From Octopus sinensis (Eukaryota): a stretch of DNA of 64,000 nucleotides. A program made the position numbers and the translations under genes. This document shows positions 1 to 12,855 of the stretch, one piece after another. The notes beneath the pieces were generated by a model that saw nothing but the letters and a program-made list of their open reading frames with translations, was not told the DNA's origin and did not search any database. The DNA is taken from the NCBI RefSeq assembly GCF_006345805.1, contig NC_042997.1:29078001-29142000 (forward strand). Direction: 5' to 3'. How positions within the stretch are numbered: position 1 is the first letter of the stretch; each line of letters opens with the position of its first letter.

Positions 1-505
1 AAGCTCAGGAAGTAACGACCGAACGAATACAGACCACATGTATTCACCATCCAGGTAGAGCCACAGATGCCGCAGCCTCAGTGCATGTCTGCGCATCAAC
101 AGCCAAGGCATTCCTTGCCCATATTTCAGTGGGTGCTGGCCGCAGACAGAGCGGTGTACAAGTGGATTTCTATCCCTCCACAAAAAGTGGAAGAGCAGCC
201 TCTCCAACTTGATCAGCCTCGAACTGGGGCGAGGCACCACGGTTAGGCGGTAGGTAATCAGAGAATCGATAAGCACTCCTGCGACCTACGCCTTCCCTTT
301 CAGGGATAGCCGCCGTTTAGACCAGGTCTGAGTTAGGAGGTTCACCCTGCTCCTCACCTCGCTCCAATTCTTCTCTATCTGGAGGTCTTGGCAAACCAAA
401 TCCCTAGCATTTTAACCGGCCCATCCGCCCAACGCACTACGGCGTTGTTGGGAGGTATCGTCTTGCCCCTCCAGATGCCGAGTTGCATGCCTACTGACCT
501 ATCAC
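1..505 (-). mobile_element. Tx1/L1-clade LINE, ORF2 fragment (RT C-terminus/thumb), degenerate
   Basis: Manual minus-strand translation gives SVGMQLGIWRGK...GPVKMLGIWF / DLQIEKNWSEVRSRVNLLTQTWSKRRLSLKGKA*...LERLLFHFLWRD, the characteristic post-RT block of L1/Tx1 ORF2. It contains a frameshift and a stop, and runs off the window edge. Confidence 0.8.
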
Positions 506-1329
506 CTGCGTCGTTTCACTGGGAGGGGTACTCATAGTTTTGCACCCCTCCATTTTCATCATCTCTTTGTATTTTCCGAGATCATCGCTTTCACAATTTA
601 TTGTCTTTTTTCAAACACCGGCCGCTGCTGCAAAATTGCTAGCTGTTATTCCTTGCGTATACTCTTCTCCTGTCGGCATACTAATTAACGCTGCATTGTC
701 TTCTCCGCTTCTGATATCTTCACTTGTACCAGGTTCACTACGCGTCTTGGTTTTAATAGGTGATTTGCCCATTTTTTAATTTTTTTTTTATCTTTTTTTG
801 TAAACTACAACAATATTTTTCCCCTTCACACAAGCAGAAAAATAGGTGTTTAAAAGAACACTCAACAAAAGTTCAACAACGTAATATATCAACTGCAAAT
901 TCAACAATTAAACACAAATATTACAACTTACGCCAAACCTTTCGAACAATGCACATACAAAAATTTCAATCAACTCGGTCAGAGATGATTGTAACATATT
1001 TCATCTTATTGGCCAACATTTCCCTACCCGAAGGGACGAACAAGAACATGCTACACACCACAAGTGGGGACAACAAACATAAACAGATGAATAAAATTAT
1101 ATAAAATTGAAGATTTAATTGCTACTCGACCCCACTTCCTAGTAGTACTATTTTAACTATATTTTACACTATTTTAAAATCGTACGCTAATCCAAGTAAT
1201 TATTTTAGTAAATGAAATGTGGCATCAATTTTGAAAATTCAACCACAGGTAGCAAATGGTCATACCTTATCCCGAACCCTAATGGGCTTGGATCGTCCCC
1301 AAAGTTTGCTTTTTTTTTATAGTTTTTAA

Positions 1330-2625
1330 TGTCAATCAATATGTATTCCATACCTGGAACTCGTATATTATCCTATTCTGTAACCTTTATCACTGACTTC
1401 ATCTTCCCGATTTTTTCTTCGTCCAATAGTGTGGTAAATACGCCCTACATTTTAACTGATCGATGTTTCATGTTATTTGCGTCTGTGCCTGCTTTTGTGT
1501 ATTCAATTGTGGAATCTGTACTGTTAGAATTTGTTCGTGTATACTTACCTGAAGTGTCTGTCTGTGCTTGTGAATATTTTACTGGAGTTACTGGGCTGAA
1601 GGTGCGTGACTATATTTAGTTGGGGATTCTGGGCTCTCTACGATATTCTTGTGTGTTTGTTGTAATGTGGAATGCTGTGAGCACGTTTGCTTTTTTTTCT
1701 TCTTTTTAGAGTTCTTAAGAAGTGGGGAATTTTCGATTTCTTTCCTCTTCCTGTTCTGTATTTCTTGGACTTAGTCTCTGATCTACGCATCTACCTCCTT
1801 CGTACCTTCCTTCAGCTTCTCGTCCCTGCTACTTTTCTCTGGTCTCAACTCGACTGATCTCTGGTTGTTGAGAAGCGGGAAATGTGCCTTAATATGGCCC
1901 TGTTCTCTGCAGTGGTGGCATGTAGGACGTCTTCCCTCCACTACCACACGCGGCTTCACATCCTCTGGCAAATCTATTTCTTCTGTTATTTCTTGTAAGT
2001 GTAGTGTGGTGGCCTGGATTATGACCTCTAGGCCATATCCCCATCAATTCAGTTTAGTATGGCTTAGCTGCATCAACCGAAGGTCGTCTTTTGTATCTAT
2101 TAATATAGCGACAATGAGCAACATCTCTTTGATCTCCGGAGGCACCCTGCCAGTTTTCACTCTCGCTACTCGTTACCCCAGATAAGTTGGCAGGAATGCC
2201 CATTTTTCCGTTTTCAAGGTTACAGTGGAGTGCTTTGCTGCCTCCACCACAGTCAAGAAGCGCACCTCCGCTGTACCAAACTTCCTTCCTCCACAGTAGA
2301 ATTCGATGTTACTTTTCTCTTTCAAGCATTCTTCCAAATCTTCATTTGCCATTTCAATTTTCTTTCTTGCTAGTGAAAGTGTTCTGTAGACTACCGTTTT
2401 TTTTCTATTTTGTTTCTTGTTATCTCTTCCAGTGACGTCAATTTCAATTTTCAACCTTCTCTTTGTATCGGTTTTTTTGTTGTTTGTCACCATTTTGAAG
2501 TTAACAGGCACCTCCCTGAATTCCAGCTGTCTCACAGTCGCTGCGATATTATCTCGGCCTGCTACTAAAGCGTAACTGTCTGCATCTCCTCCATTTCTCA
2601 CTGCGAAAGCAAGCAAACACTACAA
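1330..2625 (-). mobile_element. Tx1/L1-clade LINE ORF1 (gag-like) fragment with zinc knuckle, disrupted
   Basis: ORFs 2173..2616 and 1783..1971 lie on the minus strand. The knuckle CHHCREQGHIKAHF (about 1880-1920, last Cys mutated) is preceded by the PRVVVEGRRPT motif typical of L1/Tx1 ORF1. Confidence 0.7.
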
Positions 2626-3373
2626 GTTAAACAATTGCCAACAACCTGTAGCCCTGCTAGGAAGGACCTTAAACCAAGGATAACCTATCCGCAGCTATAC
2701 AAAATCAATTCTGAACGATACAATCTCTTCGAAAAGATGATTGGAAGAACGGTGAAAAAAAATATCAATGTTGATTTATTGATGCGTTTGGGCTAATCTC
2801 TGTTTGTATTATCAGACAATTGCAAAAAGAAAATGTTTAAAAGTTGAAACTGAAAATATTCGGTATAAATTATTCATGATTCAAAACGTTGCTTACTTTG
2901 AACTTAACCTGATAGTTAACGAGGCTTATCGAAGCAGTCGACATAAATATAAAGTATACTTTTTCTTGATTACTTTAGACGAAATCTATTGATAGGCTTT
3001 TAAGTTTCGTCACTGCGAAATAGCATTGATAATCAACTGAATTATTTAAAATATTATTTTTACAAAAAATCATGCAACATATGCATTGATATTTCTAGCC
3101 AGGGATTAATTGCTTCGTAAATCTTGCTAGTTGCAAGGATGCCTACATTATAAAAATACTACAATGAGAACTAATATTGGTTTCAAATTTTGGCACATGG
3201 TCAAGAATGTCTGGGGAGAGGGTACGTCGATTACAGTTACCCATATTTTCAATGGGAACTCATTTTATCGACCCCAAACAGATGAAAGGCAACGTCCACA
3301 TAGGTGGAATTAGAAATCAGCACGTAAAGATGAACAAAATGTCGTTAAGCAATTTAAGCATGCGGTAAATATT

Positions 3374-3961
3374 TATTTCTTTATTGTGCGCAGGGGATAA
3401 ACATAGAGGGTAACAAACAAGGACAGAAAAAGGGATTAAGTCGATTACATCAAACCCAGTGCGTAACTGGTACTTATTTAATCGACCACGAAAGAATGAA
3501 AGGCAAAATCGACCTCGGGGGTATTTGAACTCAGAACGTAACGGCAGACGAAATACCTATTTCTTTACTACCCACAAGGGGCTAAACACAGACAAGACAA
3601 ACAAGGACAGACAAACGGATTAAGTCGATTATATCGACCCCAGTGCGTAACTGGTACTTATTTAATCGAACCCGAAAGGATGAAAGGCAAAGTCGACCTC
3701 GGCGGAATTTAAACTCAGAACGTAGCGGCAGACAAAATACCTATTTCTTTACTACCCACAAGGGGCTAAACACAGACAGGACAAAGAAGGACAGACAAAC
3801 GGATTAAGTCGATTATATCGACCCCAGTGCGTAACTGGTACTTAATTTATAGACCCCGAAATGATGAACGGCAAAGTCGACCTCGGCTGAATTTGAACTC
3901 GGAACGTAAGAGCAGACGAAATACGGCTACGCATTTCGCCCGGCGTGCTAACATTTCTGCC
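3374..3961 (-). mobile_element. Head-to-tail trimer of tRNA-derived SINE family 1 (central GGTCGACTTTGCCTTTCATCC domain)
   Basis: Three units start at 3374, 3558 and 3742 (184-bp period). Only the rightmost carries the 5' head. Same family as the monomer at 62953-63177. Confidence 0.9.
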
Positions 3962-4672
3962 ATCAATAGAATATTACATATACCTTTAAAATTTGTATAA
4001 TTTCCACTAATGCAATACTTATTTTTGAATTTATAAATATTATGGAATAAAAATTAACCTTATGCTAAAATACAAATTATTATGTTTTAAAATGTTCTTC
4101 TACATTTTATTTATCAAGACAGCTAATCACATTTTGCTCAAGACATCTCGATTTGGATGCTGTGGGTTAACAAAGTGGTGCACATGTTCAAACGGCTTTT
4201 ATAATGGGAAGCAACACCAAACAATAGAAATGTCGAACAAAATCTTCTCGAATTTTCATCACAATTGTACCAAAATTGATGCTATACGAAAAATGCACTT
4301 CGACATTTGATTTGAAAAGGCGTCCTTTGAAATATATTGACTGCTACATGCAGTCAGGTAGAATAATATGAAACTATGTCTGTGTCACACCACACTGTAG
4401 TTGACAAGTTAAACTTCTACATTTCTATACTGTACGTCTGCTATGGTTTTATTTCAACGCTGATTTCTCTTCTAAATTCAAACTATTCATATCGTCTAAA
4501 ACACACACGCGCACACAAACACACACCTGTATTTGTATATATATGTACATGTATATGTGTGTGTGGGGAGTGTATTTGTGTGTGTGTAGTAATGAAGTTT
4601 AACTTGTCAACTACAGTGTTGTTTGACACAGACATAATTATATATATATATATATGCATAATTACATTTAAC

Positions 4673-4736
<64 letters not shown>

Positions 4737-4742
4737 ATATAT

Positions 4743-4776
<34 letters not shown>

Positions 4777-5739
4777 ATATATATGATTACATTTAACTAC
4801 ATACATGCATTCATACTTTCCTCCTTATAAACACATCTTCCTTACAAATCTATTGACTTTGGATCCAGAAAACGAGGAATTCGATTTTCTAAAGCCATTT
4901 CATTTGTTTAATTTTATATTCAGTGGAAGCAATTCTACTGATTAGAATTTCGTTACTGATGTCTATTTTAATAATGCATTCCTTTGCTGCTGCGAACATA
5001 ACTACACTCGTTTGTATATACATATGTTTTGAGTGTGAAGGTTTTTGTGCGAGCATGTTTGCAGATTTTAATTAATTTTACTCGCATCGTGTACATGTTA
5101 TTCTGGTTAAGATGCTGCTTTCACAACATCCCTACTTACTGTTCTGTGTAAAAATCTGATGCTAGTATTTATATAGCTGCCGCCATATGTCCGAATGATG
5201 GACGTTTTGAATGTCTAAACATATTTTACTTCAGTATCATGTAGCAGAATAATATTCCTCCATGGTGTGTTTATATGGACATTTTTTTACCCGTTTTCTT
5301 TGTTAATTTAACAATAACAATTATAAGGATGCAGTTTACCGAACTAAAATTAATCACACATGTCACGTACTCACAAACATATATTTCTTTTCTCATTCTC
5401 GCAAAAAATAAATGGAATGTATACAAATCTCGTTATATCATACTTTAGTCATTGTAATATGACGCAGCAACTGAAACTAGCCATTTCTAAAATATATATC
5501 TATCAAAAATTAGAGAGTGATGATGTGACAAGAGAGATAGAAGTATCAAGAAAGAAGAGATGAGATAGTGCAGCACCATCAGATTTCAAAGCGTTACTTA
5601 TAAAGCTGGGATTTTTTTCCTTTTCATCGGCAGCTCGATTAATAGATTTTCTTTAACTAAACACTTTGAAACTTCCTATACAGGCAGAATGTGCTATATA
5701 AAACATCTTTAACTCTTACCGTTGTTCAGAAAAGTTTCT

Positions 5740-6135
5740 ATTTACGAAGTGAGGAAAGCAAGTCCATAACGGAATTCACTTTGACAGCAATTCGGAAACA
5801 TGTACTGTTTGGCATGCGCGCCAGAATCTCTAATACAAACAATTCAAAGTGTGTGGACGTCAAAATGAGGACACTATAATCTAAGGGCATGTACCTAGAG
5901 TGATAAAAATCAAACATCCAGTCAACATCCTGGTCTTTGGAGTGATCACTAGTGATGGCGTAGTTATGCCTCCATTCATCTTCCCACACGGCCTCAAACT
6001 CAACACGGAAACATGGAGGAGGTAGTGCTGCCCATGGTCAACATGGTGACTGATAGAAGGCTCTATGTCTGGCTACAGAACATTACACCATGCCACACAA
6101 GCAGGATAATCCAGTCATGGTGACCACATCACCAT
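5740..6135 (+). mobile_element. Tc1/mariner-superfamily (maT/DD37D-like) transposase remnant, internally deleted
   Basis: Frame from 5891 reads VPRVIKIKHPVNILVFGVITSDGVVMPPFIFPHGLKLNTE, followed by degenerate EEVVLP...YVW..N..PCHTS..IQSW, matching the maT-type catalytic region. Confidence 0.7.
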
Positions 6136-6379
6136 TAGCATCTGAACACCTAACTCACCAGACTTCAGCTCCCTTGATTATTGTGTTAACTAGTATAATT
6201 ACTATAGATGGCAATTCGTCTTTCTTTAAAGCGTTTAGACATCTCATAGTCTATTCCTCTCTAGTGTTTATAATAGAACATTTAGAAAAGAAATTGGTAC
6301 AATTCTCCCACACATTTATTATCGACTATTCTATAAGGCTTTGCTTTACTAAACATTTCCCAAGCAATCGGAATTAAGT

Positions 6380-7075
6380 TGTTGCTATCTTTAAGTGCCC
6401 AAATTAATTTAGTAAGGCTAGTATTATTCATTTTTGTCTCTATTTCTAATTATTGGCACTTTCCTGCTTAATATAACATGAACTAGCTCCTATATAGAAA
6501 TATAATTTATTCTCTGAGGTAACCTTACATATATATCCGATATTTTTATGTTTGCAATTAGAGCCAAGTGGACTGAACCTGGATTGGTCTATTTTCTACT
6601 ATTGTTTGGGTCATACTTCTTTGGCTGTTTGCTATTTCTATGAATGTATCTAAGGTTAGTATTGGGTTAGTATTAGTATTATTATGAGAAGACTTGTGCA
6701 TACCTGTAAAACGTTAACTGAATTATGTTCCTCTTCTATAGATGTTGATATTTCTATTTCCAAAGAATCTAAAATATTTTTCGTATATTATTTTTATGTC
6801 CCGGTTTGAGAAGTGAAAAGTGCATTACCCCTGTATAGACCCCACTTCTATATCTGGGTGTTCCTTATACAGGGAAAATGAAATATATATCCCTACTAAC
6901 TGTTATCTGTATTCTGGGCAGAGTCTGTCCATCCCATAGTTATATCGAACATATCTGGTCTATCTTTTTTACTCTGTACTTTCCCTCAAATTTTATAATC
7001 GATTTGCTAGCCGGTAAAATAATGTCTACTTCTTTTCTAGTACGTGCTGAGTTATTCATAGCAAGCATGAGCACC
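6380..7075 (-). mobile_element. Penelope-like element (Naiad-like) RT + GIY-YIG remnant
   Basis: Minus-strand motifs in order: FDITMGWTDSAQNTD (degenerate FDVTMGSxDGAEVCE), GLYRGNAL (degenerate GLYRDDGL), NIGYICKVTSENKLYFYIGAS (GIY-YIG), NTSLTKLIWALKD. Confidence 0.7.
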
Positions 7076-7099
7076 TTATTTAAGAGGATAGGATTATAT

Positions 7100-7435
7100 A
7101 GTAGGGCAGCGGACTCGCCGTCATAAGATCGCGGTTTCGATTCCCAGACCGGGCGTTGTAATACTTTATTGGGCGAAAACTCCTAAATGTCCACGAGGCT
7201 CCGGCAGGGGATCGTGGCGAACTTTCACTGCAACTTTCTCTCACTCTTTTTTTCCTGTTTCTGTTGTACCTTTGTTTCAAAGGACCAGCCTCGTCACACT
7301 GAATCTCCACGAGAACTACTTTAAGTGTGCACGTGTCTGTGGATTACTCAGCCAATTGCAATTTAATTTCACGAGCAGGCAGTTCCGTTGGTCGGAACAA
7401 CTGGAAAACTCGTCGTCGTAACCGACGGGGTGCCA
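7100..7435 (+). mobile_element. tRNA-derived SINE family 3 (diverged copy)
   Basis: tRNA-like head TAGGGCAGCGGACTCG...GGTTTCGATTCCCAG, body and CGTCGTAACCGACGG tail shared with 13738-14115 and 32432-32811. Confidence 0.85.
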
Positions 7436-7442
7436 CGGACGG

Positions 7443-7477
<35 letters not shown>

Positions 7478-8924
7478 TATGCGTGTATATCTGTATATAT
7501 ATATATATGCATGGATATATATGTGTGTGTGCGTGTGTTTGCAAGGGTTTATATGCAAAATAGAAAATAAAAAAACATGTTATAAATTGTATAATATATT
7601 TTATATGTTTTATATGTAGTTTGCTGAAGAGGTTTCAAATTAAGTCTCATTTCCATAATCATATTAAATGGTTAAACATTTAATATTAGAACTTGATTTA
7701 TAAAATATTCTATTGGGAAATGAAATTTCTGATTATTTGTAAAATATTACTTGCACCAAATACGCCATTATTAACTCTTCAAAACGGAATTTTATTTGCC
7801 TTCTTTTCGGCAGATTAAGAGTAAATTTTGCACTCGAGTGTAAGCTGCGCCAACTACATTATATATTTAATGTATATTGTAATTGTTAACTTTCAAATAT
7901 AAATCATAGAAAGTATCTATAGTGACAGATGAGTAATATCGTCTTGCTCACACGCATAAATGCTAAAGACAGAGTTAATGGCCATAACAATCAATTACAT
8001 TTTAGATGTTAATTTCAATGAAATAGCAAATTTGAGGAAGAAAAATTATATTATACTATGTGTCATCATCAATTAAATGTAGCTTTAATAATGTTGTATT
8101 TTTCGTTATGAAAAGCAATTGGGATATTTTTTTATATACGCCTAGTAATGCTAAATGAAAAGAAAGAAAATGCAGCTGCTTACATTTTTATTTATGATAT
8201 CTAATTCTATTACAATAAATAGTTGCATGATAATACTGCAAAAGTTAAGGGTTTCATGTGACTATATAGTGACATATGGAAATATGGAAGGAAGAGGTGC
8301 AGGAAAGTAAGCTACAGTATATATTGTAAGAAGAATCAAACAAAGTACACTGATGTAAAAACCATGAGCAATTAACAATATATCTTCAAAGAACTATGTG
8401 CATCAGTCTTTTTGTTGAATTAAATGAGAAAATAAATAAACCAGCTATAATTTCAATTTACACACATTAACGAGTTCATTATAAAAATGTAAATATAAAA
8501 TGCAGGAAGATATGTGAATATAACATGCTGCAAAGAACTTAAAATCTTACGATTAAATTTGTTTCTACATCAAGACATTTGCCGTTTAAGGTTCATTTTT
8601 AAAGTAACAAAAAAGTGCAAGAAAATTCAGCAGTTATGTAGTATTCACATTACTTAAAATTGAGAAAAATATTATGCTTCAATTATATTCGGATACATCA
8701 CAGTGCAACTGAGGAAGTCAAGTGCAACGTATTATAAAATCAGGCGTAAGTTTAGTTTATACATTAAAAAAGTAAGGATAATGATGAACTCAAAAAGGCA
8801 GCATGTCTACAATGTGTCAAAATCTACACATATTCATAGGAAGGAAATTATAAATGACTCTAAGTATGTTATTAAATTTCAGTAACATATGGCAGCGATT
8901 TTACTTAAGTATGCATGTAAGTAT

Positions 8925-8945
8925 GTACGTACATATGTATGTATG

Positions 8946-8979
<34 letters not shown>

Positions 8980-9080
8980 TGTATGTATGTATGTATGTAT
9001 GTGTGTATGTATGTATGTATGTATGTATGTGTATGTGTGTATGTAAGTATGTATGTGCACACGTATGTATTATATGTATA
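8925..9080. repeat. (TATG)n microsatellite
   Basis: Direct inspection. Confidence 0.95.
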
Positions 9081-9319
9081 TATGTTTCTGTGCAAATTAT
9101 ACATGTAGAAAAACAAAATCATGCATGCATTATCCTATCTGCATTTCTTCATGCATAAAGTAAAAAATGATAATAATGATCACTCTTTCTCTCACTCTCT
9201 CTCCCTCTCTACCACTCTTTATAGCATTGAAGATAACCTTAAGACCAGGTTGTGTCTCCATGTATATATGTTCAATTCTAGTGACAGTTGGACGAGGCAC
9301 ATTAGTTGAACGAATCATC

Positions 9320-10110
9320 ATAGTTGAACGAGACCTCATAGGATGAACGAATCAGAAAACTTGGCCGAGATGCAGTCCACCTCCATATCTCATTCCAACT
9401 TATTTTTCTCTCAACAACATGTTCCTTCCAACACGTCATCTGTCCTTGTTGAGTACATTGGATCAAGAGAAGCCTTCTACATTATGTTTACCTTGTTTTT
9501 ACGCTATTGCTAACAACAGATCTGCGTTCACTCCGCATCATACTTGCAAACGGTCCGAACCGATCTGCGGCAAAACCACGTCCTTTCCGATGAATTTATG
9601 TTGCATCCACCATATCTTGGTGTGTAAGAGAAGACAGAATACCATCAGTCACTGCTTCTGTTTTCCACTTTCCACATCTGGTGCATTACGCCTGATTTCT
9701 ACATCCTTCAGCTCCTTCAGCATCATCACCATTCATACTTACCGAGCTTATAAATTTCGGCTATTGACTCCAGTCGTAACTGCAACGAGCCTTTTTACGA
9801 TTGATCTGTTCAATATCGGATGTATGCCTAGTCACTTTCGAATGAACACATTGCATTTTTGTTTAATGATTTGAACTCGTGACAGTGCTACCTCGTATAT
9901 ATATTAAAAGTGACCCCAAAAGTCACGGATGCAATCCGAAATGTTAGCACCAAATTTTATATTTACCTTGTAACTTGCCAATTGCTGTTAATCCAACATC
10001 GGTTTCTTCCATACCGCCATGAAAGATATCGAATCTACAGTGGAAAAGTCTAACCACTGATTTCGCTAAAAAGAGACGATGAGCGATGGCTAGAAGAATA
10101 TTGAGCGTTA
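9320..10110 (-). mobile_element. Hero-like (RLE-type) non-LTR retrotransposon, post-RT segment
   Basis: Minus-strand blocks GLTAIGKLQGKYKIWC*HFGL, FIRK*LG, MMLKELKDVEIRRNAPDV and KISWNEIWRWTASRPSFLIRSSYEV are collinear with the Hero-clade C-terminal region as I recall it. Multiple stops and frameshifts. Confidence 0.7.
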
Positions 10111-10499
10111 TTTGGTAACTCAGTTGATCTAACAAGCGGGGCTTCATATCAGTGAGGTGGGTGCTCTGCGCGATGATGCCGTCGAGCGGTAGGTCCCGAA
10201 ACGGCGCGCATTCTCCCCATACACTTGCTGGCTTGCGATATGTGGAGCTTTCGAATGGTAGCACCTGCATGTGCAAGTTGTTTTTCGAAATATCTAATGC
10301 CTAGTGGTAGGTAACCACTGACATACTGGTGAAAGTGTTAGGCATCTCGGGAAGAAAAGAGGACTGCCCTGAAAGACGAGGGGGCAATGGAAAAAAAACT
10401 ATCGACACTAGGAAAGACTGGCGGAGGCTTCGGACTTAAAATCTTCGCCTCTGTGCCATGCTACCAATGAGAATGATAGCCCATTGATTGGCCGAGAGG

Positions 10500-10975
10500 T
10501 GGGAGTCGAGAATCAATCAAACTCAGTTAATACAGAAATGGCCTTGAACAAAAATACGGCTATTCCTTCGAACAGCGAAACAAGTGAAAACAACTTTGAA
10601 CGCAACCTGTACTTTTGGACCTTTGTAACCGAGCGAGGTTTGAAGATTCATCAGGTAAGAAGAGGACAGAACAGTGTGTATCTCATTGTAAAACACGAGC
10701 CAAATAATCCCCGGATTCAAGCCACAGCGAATCGATAAATGCTACAAGAAAGACCGCTCCCCAACAGGAAACTTCCCAACAGATAGTACTCGGATGAAAC
10801 CGAGGGTTCTGTGGCCTTCTGGCAATTAGAAAGTAAGATATAAATAGTTTGAGGACAAGGTATTTCAAGCTCTTTATTAAAATGATGTGAACTATATTGG
10901 AGAAGCTGGGAAAATTAGCAAGCTCTATTTACGATATAGGAATGGAAATATTTGGAGTGAAGGATAGTATCCTAT
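10500..10975 (+). mobile_element. Hero-like N-terminal segment in opposite orientation
   Basis: TFVTERGLKIHQVRR (zinc-finger-like RGLKIHQ motif), SHSESINAT and MKPRVLWPSGN* resemble the Hero N-terminus. Confidence 0.55.
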
Positions 10976-11135
10976 TAGCGAAAGTAAAGTATGGACCAAG
11001 CAGGAAGATCAGGAATGCTTTTGTAAAACACACACACACACGTATATAAAATGTGAACGCGTGTGTACTGTTGGCGATTTTTATATATATATCGCTTTTG
11101 GATTTGGTTTGCACGATTCTTAATATGTGTTTGTG

Positions 11136-11192
<57 letters not shown>

Positions 11193-11331
11193 CATATCGA
11201 TATACATAAATTCATTCATTCCGTCTTCACTCCCACCGCGTAGGACCTTTGGTAATTGTCTTCTACTTATAGCGTCTGGTGGATCAAGGCCAGGTAAATG
11301 TATTCGGTAGACGGTAACTGAAAGATTCCCG

Positions 11332-11392
<61 letters not shown>

Positions 11393-11583
11393 ATATCAGA
11401 TACCCATATAATAGGTGGCAGGGTTAAAACATAATCACTGCTTTCGATTCGATTCATTCCACTAAATGTTCTGCAAGGTGATGTCAGAGCTTGGCCGCAG
11501 TCTAGTGTCAGAATAGTAAATTATAAAAGATGAAAAACACACACACACGCGCGTAAACACACATATCTATGCATACATATATA

Positions 11584-11678
<95 letters not shown>

Positions 11679-11819
11679 CGTACGTTAAGTGTGCATTTTT
11701 ATTTGTTAAGTGGTTACCTGAAGTAATGCATGACCTTTTAACCACAGATTTTTAGTGTACAATCCAATTCAAAGCGAGTCTTTCGATATTCAACTATCAC
11801 TTGTTTCTCTCTTTAGCGC

Positions 11820-12030
11820 GGGAGCATGGCGGAGCACCTCCTTGAAGAAATTTCAGTCGAACGCACCGACCCCAAAATGTTTTTTTGTTTCTTTTTATTT
11901 TCAAAGCCTGGTACTTATCTGATCGGTGCATTTTGCTGAACCGACCTCAGCACACCAAGACTGGTTGTTAGGTGATGGTAGGTGACAAACACAAGCATAA
12001 AGATACACACATACTTACACACACATAAAC
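11820..12030 (-). mobile_element. SINE family 2 (CORE-like), old partial copy
   Basis: Degenerate GGAGCACC...CCTGGTACTTAT...GACAAACACA blocks of family 2. Confidence 0.6.
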
Positions 12031-12112
12031 ACAAGGTAACATTCTAGGTGCAATCCCATGATCTTTCAAGACTGAAGAGCGTCTTTACGCTTTACACTTT
12101 ATATACGTGCAT

Positions 12113-12167
<55 letters not shown>

Positions 12168-12249
12168 TTTATAAGTGTATACATATCTCTCTCGCTCTGT
12201 CTGTCTGTCGCTCTCTTTGTGTATATATATATATATAATATATATATAT

Positions 12250-12325
<76 letters not shown>

Positions 12326-12330
<5 letters not shown>

Positions 12331-12572
12331 GAGATAAAACCGCTATTAGGCAAATCAAAGAGTGCAAAACATAAACCAAAATATAGAAATAAAATTAATT
12401 AATATGATATACAAAATATATAAAATATAAAATTCAAATTTAAATAATTTAAATTTAAATTTGAACTTTATATTTTATATATTTTGCATATTATATTAAT
12501 TAATTTTATTTCTATATTTTGGTTTATGTGTATCACTGTTTGATTTGCCTAATAGTGTTTTCATCTCTAATT
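12326..12572. repeat. ~245-bp fold-back inverted repeat, probably a PLE pseudo-LTR remnant
   Basis: Left arm AATTAGAGATAAAACCGCTATTAGGCAAATCAAA... is the reverse complement of right arm ...TTTGATTTGCCTAATAGTGTTTTCATCTCTAATT, centre near 12449. Flanked by (TA)n. PLE origin is inferred. Confidence 0.85.
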
Positions 12573-12648
12573 TAATATATATATATATACTATAAAATTA
12601 GATTTAATCCTAAATCTAATATTTCCCTGTAAGTTTGCATTTACTCCC

Positions 12649-12679
<31 letters not shown>

Positions 12680-12732
12680 GAGTGAGAGAGCAGTGCATAT
12701 TATGATAATAATAATTATTATTATTATTATTA

Positions 12733-12780
<48 letters not shown>

Positions 12781-12784
12781 TATA

Positions 12785-12828
<44 letters not shown>

Positions 12829-12855
12829 GTGTGTATACGTTCTTTTATTCTCCCA

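Noticed and set aside
7100-7180. tRNA-like sequences at SINE heads (also 14040-14115, 30069-30140, 32432-32505)
   Set aside because: They continue directly into SINE bodies and lack a complete cloverleaf and terminator, so they are not tRNA genes.
10130-10260. Possible ribozyme in the GC-rich block between the Hero halves
   Set aside because: Only simple hairpins could be formed; neither hammerhead boxes nor an HDV double pseudoknot could be assigned by eye.
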